A stretch of DNA of 64,000 bases from an uncultured Muribaculaceae bacterium (GTDB lineage: Bacteria; Bacteroidota; Bacteroidia; Bacteroidales; UBA932): NCBI GenBank assembly GCA_964556285.1, contig CAZKVW010000004.1:248-64247 (forward strand). The letters run 5' to 3'. Each line of letters opens with the position of its first letter. Positions within the stretch are counted from its first letter, which is position 1. The notes under the pieces are model-generated. The model was not told the origin of the DNA. It saw only the letters and a program-made list of their open reading frames with translations, and did no database searches. The position numbers were made by a program, and so were the translations under genes. Below, piece after piece: positions 47,948-56,843 of the stretch.

Positions 47948-49747
47948 ATGGCAGAAAACAACGAAAACATCAAGCAGCAGGAGACGCTCAACGCGTCCAT
48001 TGCCCCGGAGTCATTCGACTGGGACAAGTTTGAGAGCGGGGACGTCTATGGCGAGGAGGACAAGGCTTCCATAGAGGAGGCCTACGGAAAGACTCTCTCC
48101 CGGGTGGTCGAGAATGAGGTGGTAGAGGGCGAGGTCACAGAGGTCAACAAGCGCGAAGTCGTGGTGACCATCGGCGGCAAGAGCGAGGGCGTCATCCCTG
48201 CGCAGGAGTTCCGCTACAATCCTGACCTCAAGGTCGGCGACAAGGTGGAAGTCTATGTGGAGTCCGCCGAGGACAAGAAAGGCCAGCTCGTGCTCTCCCA
48301 CAAAAAGGCGCGCGCCATCAAGGCCTGGGACAAGGTCAATCAGGCCTATGAGGCTGGCGAGGTTGTCAAGGGCTACGTCAAGACCCGTACCAAGGGCGGC
48401 ATGATTGTCGACGTGTTCGGCATTGAGGCGTTCCTCCCCGGCTCGCAAATAGATATCAAGCCCATACGTGACTACGACGTGTATGTGGGCCAGACCATGG
48501 ACTTCAAGATTGTCAAGATCAACCAGGGATTCCGCAACGTGGTCGTCTCGCACAAGGCTCTGCTTGAAGCCGAGCAGGAGCAGAGGAGAGCGGAGCTCAT
48601 CAGCAAGCTCGAAAAGGGACAGGTCCTCGAAGGGGTCGTCAAGAACATCACCAACTACGGAGTGTTCGTGGACCTTGGCGGAGTGGACGGTCTCATACAT
48701 ATCACTGATCTCTCTTGGGGACGTGTCAACCATCCCGAAGAGGTGGTCCAGCTCGACGAGAAGATCAAGGTCGTTGTGCTCGACTTCAATGAGCAGCAGA
48801 AGCGTATCGCTCTCGGTCTCAAGCAGCTGACTCCTCATCCTTGGGAGAGCCTCGATCCGGATCTCAAGGTGGGCGATGTCGTCAAGGGCAAGGTCGTGCT
48901 GATTGCCGACTACGGCGCATTCGTGGAGGTCAAGCCCGGCGTGGAGGGACTTATCCATGTCTCGGAGATGTCCTGGTCCCCCAGGCTGCACTCCGCGCAT
49001 GAGTTCCTCAAGGTCGGCGACGAGGTGGAGGCCAAGATACTCAGCCTCGACCGTGAGGCCCGCAAGATGAGCCTCGGCCTCAAGCAGCTCATGCCCAACC
49101 CTTGGGAGAACATCCGCGAGAAATATCCCATCGGCAGCAGGCATCAGGCCATTGTGCGCAACATCACCACATTCGGGGTGTTCGCCGAGCTTGAGGACGG
49201 CGTTGAGGGGCTGATTCATATCAGCGACCTCTCCTGGAACAAGATCAAGCACCCTTCGGAGCTTGTCTCTCCCGGTGACACGATTGAAGTGCAGATACTC
49301 GACTTTGACGAGGCCAACCACAAGCTCAGCCTCGGCCGCAAGCAGCTTCTGCCCAACCCTTGGGATGAGGTGGAGGCCAAGTTCCCCGTCGGCTCGGTCG
49401 TGGAGGGCAAGATAGTCTCCATGACAGACAAGGGCGCGACCATCTCCTTTGAGGGCTCCGAGGTTGAGGGATTCGCGTTCTCGCGTGAGCTCGTCAAGGA
49501 GGACGGCAAGCCCGCCGCTGTCGGGGAGACACTTCCGTTCAAGGTCATCGAACTGCGCCGCAGCACCCGCCGCGTGCTCGTCTCTCACCTCCGCACATAC
49601 ACCGAGGTCAAGGAGAAAGCCGCCGCAGCGGAGTCCGAAAGCACCAAGCGCGCTGTCAAGAAGATCAACTCCAACGTAGAGAAGACCACCCTTGGCGACA
49701 TCGACGCCCTGGCCGCTCTCAAGGACAAGCTCGAGAAAGGCGAGTAG
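47948..49747 (+). CDS. rpsA: 30S ribosomal protein S1
   Basis: Six S1 repeats (e.g. YGVFVDLGGVDGLIHITDLSW), 599 aa. Confidence 0.97.
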   Translation: MAENNENIKQQETLNASIAPESFDWDKFESGDVYGEEDKASIEEAYGKTLSRVVENEVVEGEVTEVNKREVVVTIGGKSEGVIPAQEFRYNPDLKVGDKVEVYVESAEDKKGQLVLSHKKARAIKAWDKVNQAYEAGEVVKGYVKTRTKGGMIVDVFGIEAFLPGSQIDIKPIRDYDVYVGQTMDFKIVKINQGFRNVVVSHKALLEAEQEQRRAELISKLEKGQVLEGVVKNITNYGVFVDLGGVDGLIHITDLSWGRVNHPEEVVQLDEKIKVVVLDFNEQQKRIALGLKQLTPHPWESLDPDLKVGDVVKGKVVLIADYGAFVEVKPGVEGLIHVSEMSWSPRLHSAHEFLKVGDEVEAKILSLDREARKMSLGLKQLMPNPWENIREKYPIGSRHQAIVRNITTFGVFAELEDGVEGLIHISDLSWNKIKHPSELVSPGDTIEVQILDFDEANHKLSLGRKQLLPNPWDEVEAKFPVGSVVEGKIVSMTDKGATISFEGSEVEGFAFSRELVKEDGKPAAVGETLPFKVIELRRSTRRVLVSHLRTYTEVKEKAAAAESESTKRAVKKINSNVEKTTLGDIDALAALKDKLEKGE

Positions 49748-49759
49748 GGACTCTCTCGG

Positions 49760-50569
49760 ATGCATTTTACCCTGAACGTACTGGGCGTGGCTTCGGCCAA
49801 GCCCGATGCTGACAGAAATTCAAGCGCCCAAGTGCTCAATGTGCACGGGCGCTTGTTTTTGATAGACTGCGGCGAGGGAGTGTCCAGGAGCATGTGCCGC
49901 ATGGGACTGTCGCCGCTCAAGCTGGATGCCGTGTGCCTGTCGCACATGCACGGGGATCATGTGTTTGGCATTTTCGGCCTCCTGTCCGCAATGGGCATGT
50001 ACAGGCGCAGCCAGCCTCTGCACATATACGCTCCGGAGGCATTTTCCGGCATGCTGGACTGGTACATGGGCATGTACGGCTGCGGCTTTGATGTGGTGCA
50101 TCATGCGCTCGCCATGGCCGCCCCTCAGGAGCTTCTGCGCACCGGGCAGCTGCGGATGTCTGCATTCCCGCTTCGGCATGGGGTGGAGTGCTACGGATTC
50201 CGTTTTGACGAGATACCCTCTGCCAAGGCTCCCGGGGAGACGAGGCTCTCTCCGGCGAGCTATGCCTATTGCAGTGACACGGAACCGTTCGCGGAGCTTG
50301 CGCAATGGGTGCACGGAGTGCATACCCTCTACCATGAGGCCACCTATACGCAGGAGTATGCGGACAAGGCCAGGCTTCATCACCACAGCACCGCCATGGA
50401 GGCGGCCCGCTGCGCGAGGGATGCCGGGGCAGGACGGCTGCTGATAGGGCACTACAGTTCCCGTGTGAGGGACAAGTCAGTGTATGAGGCTGAGGCGAGG
50501 AGCGTCTTCCCCCAGACATTCGCCGCCGAGGACGGGGACGTGTTTGAAATCCGGCAAAAACATGGCTGA
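49760..50569 (+). CDS. rnz: Ribonuclease Z-like metallo-beta-lactamase (short, arm-less)
   Basis: FLIDCGEG, HMHGDH, YCSDT, HEAT, HHST and GHYSSR motifs. Confidence 0.82.
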   Translation: MHFTLNVLGVASAKPDADRNSSAQVLNVHGRLFLIDCGEGVSRSMCRMGLSPLKLDAVCLSHMHGDHVFGIFGLLSAMGMYRRSQPLHIYAPEAFSGMLDWYMGMYGCGFDVVHHALAMAAPQELLRTGQLRMSAFPLRHGVECYGFRFDEIPSAKAPGETRLSPASYAYCSDTEPFAELAQWVHGVHTLYHEATYTQEYADKARLHHHSTAMEAARCARDAGAGRLLIGHYSSRVRDKSVYEAEARSVFPQTFAAEDGDVFEIRQKHG

Positions 50570-50614
50570 CATCTTGCCGGGGATTTTTGAAGTTTGCTAT
50601 ATTTGGGATTGCAT

Positions 50615-51721
50615 ATGAGCAGAAAGTTGTCAATAGCAGTCCCGCTTGCGCTGGCCGCCTTGGCGTCGGCGTTTGCTGCGGCGAGGCTCGCCCCTGCGGG
50701 TGACTCCCCGCAGGAGAGGTATATCGCCCGCTATGCCGCAACGGCAGTGCAGGAGATGTACCGCAGCGGCGTGCCAGCCAGCATTACCCTGGCACAAGGG
50801 CTGCTTGAGTCGCGCTACGGCATGTCCGAGCTGGCGGTCAAGGGCAACAACCATTTCGGCATCAAGTGCCATGACTGGAAGGGACGCACCATGCGGGTGG
50901 ATGACGAGCGCAAAGGGGAGTGCTTCCGGGTCTATGGCGACGCTTCCGAGTCGTATGCCGACCACAGCGACTTCCTGCGCTACAGGACGCGTTACAGGCT
51001 CCTGTTCGACTTGGAGGTCACGGATTACAAGGGCTGGGCATACGGCTTGAGCAAGGCCGGGTATGCGACCGATCCCCAGTATGCCTCCAAGCTGATCAGG
51101 ATAATAGAGGACTATGGCCTGTCCCGTTTTGATGCCGTGACAGACCCCGCCCAGATGCCGGAGGAGAAGGGGGAGGCGTATTCTGATGCTTCCGCCGCGC
51201 CAGGCAAGGCGGTAAAGCCCGGCAAAGGCGGCAAGGCTGAGAGAAAGCTTGCGCGGGAGTCCAGACGGGCGCGGCGGAGCGCCAGGCGGCATCCGCAAAT
51301 CCCGGATCCCCCGTCCGCGCTGGACCGTCCGGAGATGGTGCCAAGAGCCACGGCCGATGAGGAGTTCCGTTTCCCGCTCACCCGCAAGGTGTACCGGCAG
51401 AACGGGGTCCCGTTTGTGTACAGCGAAGAGGGCGAGACGTACGCGAGCATTGCCGAGAGCAACGGCATGTTTGAGGATGAGCTGCTTCGCTGCAATGACC
51501 TCAAGCGTCCCGGGCCTCTTCCTGCGGGGACGGCGGTCTATATCCGCCACAAGAAAGCCCGCGCCGCCAAGGGGCTGGACAAATATATAGTGGATCATGA
51601 CGGCGAGTCGCTCAGGGACATCTGCCAGCACTATGCCGTTAAGATGAAGTCCATTGCCAAGCTCAATGACCTCAAACCCGGGCATGTGCTCCGGGAGGGG
51701 GACACAATCCTGCTCAGATAA
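50615..51721 (+). CDS. GH73 glucosaminidase-domain peptidoglycan hydrolase with LysM repeats
   Basis: VPASITLAQGLLES, NNHFGIKC, AGYATDPQYA; two C-terminal LysM-like repeats. Confidence 0.9.
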   Translation: MSRKLSIAVPLALAALASAFAAARLAPAGDSPQERYIARYAATAVQEMYRSGVPASITLAQGLLESRYGMSELAVKGNNHFGIKCHDWKGRTMRVDDERKGECFRVYGDASESYADHSDFLRYRTRYRLLFDLEVTDYKGWAYGLSKAGYATDPQYASKLIRIIEDYGLSRFDAVTDPAQMPEEKGEAYSDASAAPGKAVKPGKGGKAERKLARESRRARRSARRHPQIPDPPSALDRPEMVPRATADEEFRFPLTRKVYRQNGVPFVYSEEGETYASIAESNGMFEDELLRCNDLKRPGPLPAGTAVYIRHKKARAAKGLDKYIVDHDGESLRDICQHYAVKMKSIAKLNDLKPGHVLREGDTILLR

Positions 51722-52773
51722 TGCCGAGACGCAAGAAAAAGACCTCAAAATCCCTTGTCATATTAGGGACAGCAGCCGCCCTGCTGCTGGCGGCTGCTGC
51801 TGTGTTTACCTTGAGATGGCTCAGCGACAACAAACTGCCCAATTTCCGCCGTCCGGCCGTTGTGCTGGTCTATCCCAACACTACTGCGGATGAGGTGTAT
51901 GCAATGCTCATCAATGAGGCCGGTGTCAAGAGGCCCTACAGCCTCAAGAGAGCTTTCCGGGCAAAGCAGGTGAAGACCTACATGCAGCCCGGCCGGTATG
52001 AAATCCGTCCCTCATACACGAGCGTATATGTGGCGCGAATGCTCAACAACTGCTGGCAGAGCCCTGCCAGGCTTGTCCTGAACGGCAACATCCGGCGCAA
52101 TTCCCAGATAGCGCAGAAAGTGTCTTCCCAGCTGATGATTGACTCTGTGTCAGTGATTAAGGCCCTGGAGAGCGCCCCTTATCTCGCGCAGTTCGGGGTG
52201 ACCCCGCAGACGGTGTTCTCCATCATCATGCCGGACACCTACGAGATGTTCTGGACGGCCGGCATGGATGAGGTGCTGAAGAGCCAGAAAGCAGCCACGG
52301 ACGCATTCTGGACAGCGGAACGCCGGGCCAAGGCCAAGGCGCAGGGGCTGACCCCTCTGGAGGTCTCAATACTGGCCTCCATCGTGAGGGAGGAGACCAA
52401 CTACGAGCCGGAAATGCCCAAGATAGCGGGCGTGTACCTCAACAGGCTGCACTCCGGCATGAAGCTGCAGGCCGACCCGACGGTAGCGTTCTGCTATGAC
52501 TACAGTCTCGGGAGGATATTGCGCAGACATCTGCAAGTGGATTCCCCGTACAACACCTACAAGTACGCCGGCCTCCCGCCGGGCCCCATTTCAGTGCCTA
52601 CGCGGGCGAGCCTGGAGGCCGTGCTTGCCCCCGAGGGGGAGTACCTGTACTTCTGCGCCAGCTCCGCGTTTGACGGCACGCACCTCTTCGCTAGGACTTA
52701 CGCCGAGCATCTGCGGAATGCAAGGGCTTTCCAGAAGGCGCTGACCCGGAGGCAGGTTTCTCCTGCCAAATGA
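51721..52773 (+). CDS. mltG: Endolytic transglycosylase MltG
   Basis: N-terminal TM; LASIVREET, GMKLQADPTV, SPYNTYKYAGLPPGPI. Confidence 0.93.
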   Translation: MPRRKKKTSKSLVILGTAAALLLAAAAVFTLRWLSDNKLPNFRRPAVVLVYPNTTADEVYAMLINEAGVKRPYSLKRAFRAKQVKTYMQPGRYEIRPSYTSVYVARMLNNCWQSPARLVLNGNIRRNSQIAQKVSSQLMIDSVSVIKALESAPYLAQFGVTPQTVFSIIMPDTYEMFWTAGMDEVLKSQKAATDAFWTAERRAKAKAQGLTPLEVSILASIVREETNYEPEMPKIAGVYLNRLHSGMKLQADPTVAFCYDYSLGRILRRHLQVDSPYNTYKYAGLPPGPISVPTRASLEAVLAPEGEYLYFCASSAFDGTHLFARTYAEHLRNARAFQKALTRRQVSPAK

Positions 52774-54607
52774 CCCTCTGCACACGGTAGGGGTATCGCT
52801 GCTTGAGGCCCGGGGCATTGGGGCAGTCCTCGCGGTGGATCTTGATGCCGTCCGTGCGGGTCACAAATCCGAACACTTTGTCCCCGTACTGGGGGTTGCA
52901 GCACCCGGCCATCTTGTATTCCAGCCCCTTGACCCCCTTGGCGTTGATGACGAGGATGTCGTCCGGGCTGTCGTGCCGGGCATGGGTCTCTTGCTTTTTC
53001 TCCGTGTGCTCCGTCTTGTAGACCAGCATGCCGGGGTTGAGCAGCCAGGTCTTGATGTCATTGACATCTATGACCCCGTCCGCGATTGCCGCCATGAACG
53101 ATATCACTGAGGTGTACTTGAGATAGTGCATGATGTCGTTGAGCACATCATCCTCCATCGTCAGCTTCCAGTTCTTGAGGCGGCGCTCCAGCAGCTCACG
53201 TCCGGCGGCGGCCTTTTTGCGTATTACTGCATCGAGCTCCACCTTGATCTTGGAGCGGGCCTTGCCTGTCACGACGCATTCGAGCCAGTCTGCGCTGGGA
53301 GTCTGGTTCTTGGAGGTGAGGACTTCCACCACGTCGCCGGTGTGCAGCTTTTCCCGCAGCGAGACCGCCTTGCCGCCTATGCGGCCGCCTGTGCATCGGC
53401 AGCCTACCGCCGTATGTATGCTGAACGCGAAATCCAGTACGCTCGCCCCCGCCGGGAGTATCTTCAGCTCGCCTGTGGGGGTGAACACAAATATCTCGCT
53501 CTCCGGCGGCCGGGGCAGGTCCTCGGTCTTGGTCTCGTAGGGATGCTCCAGGGTGTAGCGGACGCTGCTGAGCCATTTGTCAAGGTTCTGCTCATGCTTG
53601 ATTCCCTTGTAAGACCAGTGCGCGGCACGGCCGTTCTCCGCTTCTGCATCCATCCGCTTGGTGCGGATCTGCACTTCGATGTAAGCCCCGTCGGAGTTCT
53701 TGACGGTGATGTGCAGGGACTCATATCCGTTGGCCTTGGGGGTGGTGAGCCAGTCCCGCAGCCTGGATGTGTCAGGTTCGTACTCCTCGGTCACGTAGGA
53801 GTAGACTTTCCAGCATAGGGCTTTCTCCTGGGCGTGGTCGTCGGGGTCGCAGTCTATGATGAAACGGATGGCGAACACATCGTATACCCCCTCGAACGGC
53901 ACTTTTTGCGCCTGCATCTTCTTGAAGATGGAGTATGCCGTCTTGGTGCGTATCTTGAGGTGGTAGCGGATGCCCTCGGCATCTATCTTGGCCTCCAGGG
54001 GACGGATGAACTCGTTGAGGAGCTTCTCTCTGTCCCGCTCCCCGGCCTTGAGCTTGCGGGTGATGATGCGGTACTGCTCCGGCTCGGCGTAGCGGAAGTA
54101 TATGTCTTCCAGTTCGCTTTTGACATTGTACAGGCCGAGCTGGTGGGCGAGCGGGATGTACAGCATGAGGGTCTCCAGCACCCTCTGCTCCCTTGCCGCG
54201 CGCGGGAATATTGAGAGGTTGCGCATCACCTCCAGCCTGTCCGCAATCTTGAGGACGGTGACTCTCGGGTCACGGGAGTACGAGACGATGAGCTTCTTGT
54301 AGTTCTCGGCTTCGAGACGGGTGTCCTTGGGACGGATAGTGGCTATCTTGTTAAGCCCCTCCACCATGACCCTCACATCTGAAGGGAACGCGCTGATATC
54401 CACCTCGGGGTGGAAACGCGTCGCTTCGTGCAGGTACACGGCAGCCACGCATTCGGGCGGCAGCCCCATCTCGTCCTCCGCTATGCGGGCCACACCGTCG
54501 GCGTGCTCCAGCATGGGATGGCCGTTGCTGCGGACATCCTCTTTGAGGGCTTCTGCGGCAACCGCTCTCGCACGGGCGGTCAGGCTGTCTGGGGAATCAG
54601 TGGTCAT
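52691..54607 (-). CDS. relA: Long RelA/SpoT homolog, degenerate hydrolase, no ACT domain
   Basis: KIADRL, RTKTAYSIFKKM, PKANGYESLH, EVQIRT, AAHWSYK, TGS (FAFSIHTAVG) and zinc-finger CC..HxxDC; ATG 54607. Confidence 0.85.
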   Translation of the reverse strand: MTTDSPDSLTARARAVAAEALKEDVRSNGHPMLEHADGVARIAEDEMGLPPECVAAVYLHEATRFHPEVDISAFPSDVRVMVEGLNKIATIRPKDTRLEAENYKKLIVSYSRDPRVTVLKIADRLEVMRNLSIFPRAAREQRVLETLMLYIPLAHQLGLYNVKSELEDIYFRYAEPEQYRIITRKLKAGERDREKLLNEFIRPLEAKIDAEGIRYHLKIRTKTAYSIFKKMQAQKVPFEGVYDVFAIRFIIDCDPDDHAQEKALCWKVYSYVTEEYEPDTSRLRDWLTTPKANGYESLHITVKNSDGAYIEVQIRTKRMDAEAENGRAAHWSYKGIKHEQNLDKWLSSVRYTLEHPYETKTEDLPRPPESEIFVFTPTGELKILPAGASVLDFAFSIHTAVGCRCTGGRIGGKAVSLREKLHTGDVVEVLTSKNQTPSADWLECVVTGKARSKIKVELDAVIRKKAAAGRELLERRLKNWKLTMEDDVLNDIMHYLKYTSVISFMAAIADGVIDVNDIKTWLLNPGMLVYKTEHTEKKQETHARHDSPDDILVINAKGVKGLEYKMAGCCNPQYGDKVFGFVTRTDGIKIHREDCPNAPGLKQRYPYRVQRVIWQEKPASGSAPSGKPLHSADARRKS

Positions 54608-54653
54608 GCGAGTCAAATATAGTGAATATTTGTGATTCGCTCTCTCTCCCGGG

Positions 54654-56834
54654 CTATCCTTTCCAGACCTTGAGATACTGCTGGAGGGCCCACATCTCGT
54701 CTCGGAATTTGGCGGCTGCCCCGAAGTCCAGCTCCGCCGCCGCCTTGGTCATCTTGCGCTTGCTCTCCTCGACCATTTTCTCGACCTGGGGACGGGAGAG
54801 GCTGCGGATGACGGGGTCTTGGAGGACGGCCGCGAGGTCTGCCTGTATGTAGCCGTCCACCATGGACGAGGGCGATTCCCGGACCGAGTCATGCCCGAGC
54901 CCCACTGAGACGCTCCCTCTCCCGAGGTCTGACGGGTCGGGGATGTAGTGCGGCGCGTCGTAGGAGTTGGCGGCGCTGAAACGCCCTGTGGTGCCGCCCG
55001 CGAGGACGGGGTTGCGCTGCTTGCCGGACGGCTGCTGGCCTATCTCCCCCAGCATGATGTTGTGCTTGACGCTCACCTGGGTCGGAGTGATGTGATTCCT
55101 TTCGTTGTACTCTATCTGCTTGGCCCTGCGCCGTTCGGTCTCCCGGATTGTGGCCGCCATTGATGGGGTGATGTGGTCGGCGTACATGATTACCAGGCCG
55201 TTGACGTTGCGGGCGGCGCGTCCGGCGGTCTGCGTCAGGGACTTCTCCGTGCGCAGGAATCCCTCCTTGTCAGCGTCGAGGATGGCCACGAGCGATACCG
55301 TAGGCAGGTCCAGCCCTTCCCTGAGGAGGTTGACCCCGATGAGCACGTCGAAGAGGCCGTTCTTGAAGTCCTCTATGATCTCCACGCGCTCCGTGGTGTC
55401 CACGTCGGAATGGATGTACCTGCAGCGGACTCCCATCTTGCTCATGTATTCGTAGAGTTCTTCCGCCATCCGCTTGGTCAGGGTGGTGACGAGCACACGC
55501 TCATCCCTCTCGGCGCGGACGCGTATCTCCTCCATCAGGTCATCCACCTGATGCTCTATGGGGCGCACTTCTATGGGAGGGTCGAGCAGCCCGGTGGGCC
55601 GCACGACCTGCTCCACGACCAGGCCGCCGGACTTCTCCAGCTCGTAGTCGGAGGGAGTCGCGCTGACATAGACTTTCTGCCCCGTGAGGCTCTCGAATTC
55701 GTCAAAGGTGAGCGGGCGGTTGTCAGACGCGGCGGGCAGACGGAAGCCGTACTCCACGAGCACTTCCTTGCGGCTGTGGTCTCCGCCGTACATGGCATGT
55801 ATCTGCGGCAGGGTCACGTGGCTCTCGTCTATGAATGTCACGAAATCCTTGGGGAAATAGTCTATCAGGCAGAACGGCCTCTCCCCGGGCTTGCGCCCGT
55901 CAAAGTAGCGGGAATAGTTCTCGATGCCCGGGCAGTACCCCATCTCCTTGATCATCTCCAGGTCGTACTCCACGCGCTGCTTGAGCCTCTTGGCCTCCAG
56001 GCCTTTGCCGAGTTCCTCAAAATGCCGCACCTGCCTCACAAGGTCGTCCTGTATCTGGCTGACGGCGCGGATGCCGCGCTCCTTGGTGGTGACAAAGTTG
56101 TTGGCCGGGTAGATGCTGATTTCCTCCACATCCTCCAGCCTCGCCCCCGTGAGAGGGTCGATGACGCTGATGGCGTCCACCTCGTCCCCGAAGAACTCAA
56201 TCCTCACGGCATTGTCCGCCCCCGCGAGATACACGTCCACGGTATCGCCCTTGACCCGGAACGTGCCGCGTTTGAACTCCACTTCCGTCCGGCTGTACAG
56301 AGCGTCCACGAGCTTGTACAGCAGCCCTGTGAGAGTGCGCCGCTCGCCGGCTCTCACGGTGACGGTCTGCTCGTGGAAGTCGTCCGGGTTGCCTATGCCG
56401 TAGAGGCAGCTCACCGAGGAAATGACGATGACGTCGCGCCTCCCGCTGAGCAGGGCAGACGCGGCCGAGAGCCTGAGCTTCTCTATCTGGTCGTTGATGC
56501 TGAGGTCTTTCTCTATGTAGGTGTCGCTGGAGGGGATGTACGCCTCCGGCTGGTAGTAGTCGTAGTAGGAGACGAAGTACTCCACCGCGTTGTCAGGGAA
56601 GAACGACTTGAACTCCCCGTACAGCTGGGCGGCAAGGGTCTTGTTGTGGCTCAGTATGAGGGCGGGACGCTGGAGGTTCCGGATCACGTTGGCCATGGTG
56701 AACGTCTTGCCGGATCCGGTCACGCCGAGCAGGGTGATGTCACTGACGCCCTCGCGGAGCGCGGATGTGAGCTGGCGTATCGCCTCCGGCTGGTCTCCGC
56801 TCGGGGTGTAGTCTGATTTGAGATTGAATTCCAC
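54654..56834 (-). CDS. uvrB: Excinuclease ABC subunit B
   Basis: [40 protein letters not shown]-terminal UVR domain; GTG start. Confidence 0.97.
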   Translation of the reverse strand: MEFNLKSDYTPSGDQPEAIRQLTSALREGVSDITLLGVTGSGKTFTMANVIRNLQRPALILSHNKTLAAQLYGEFKSFFPDNAVEYFVSYYDYYQPEAYIPSSDTYIEKDLSINDQIEKLRLSAASALLSGRRDVIVISSVSCLYGIGNPDDFHEQTVTVRAGERRTLTGLLYKLVDALYSRTEVEFKRGTFRVKGDTVDVYLAGADNAVRIEFFGDEVDAISVIDPLTGARLEDVEEISIYPANNFVTTKERGIRAVSQIQDDLVRQVRHFEELGKGLEAKRLKQRVEYDLEMIKEMGYCPGIENYSRYFDGRKPGERPFCLIDYFPKDFVTFIDESHVTLPQIHAMYGGDHSRKEVLVEYGFRLPAASDNRPLTFDEFESLTGQKVYVSATPSDYELEKSGGLVVEQVVRPTGLLDPPIEVRPIEHQVDDLMEEIRVRAERDERVLVTTLTKRMAEELYEYMSKMGVRCRYIHSDVDTTERVEIIEDFKNGLFDVLIGVNLLREGLDLPTVSLVAILDADKEGFLRTEKSLTQTAGRAARNVNGLVIMYADHITPSMAATIRETERRRAKQIEYNERNHITPTQVSVKHNIMLGEIGQQPSGKQRNPVLAGGTTGRFSAANSYDAPHYIPDPSDLGRGSVSVGLGHDSVRESPSSMVDGYIQADLAAVLQDPVIRSLSRPQVEKMVEESKRKMTKAAAELDFGAAAKFRDEMWALQQYLKVWKG

Positions 56835-56843
56835 TGGATATTC

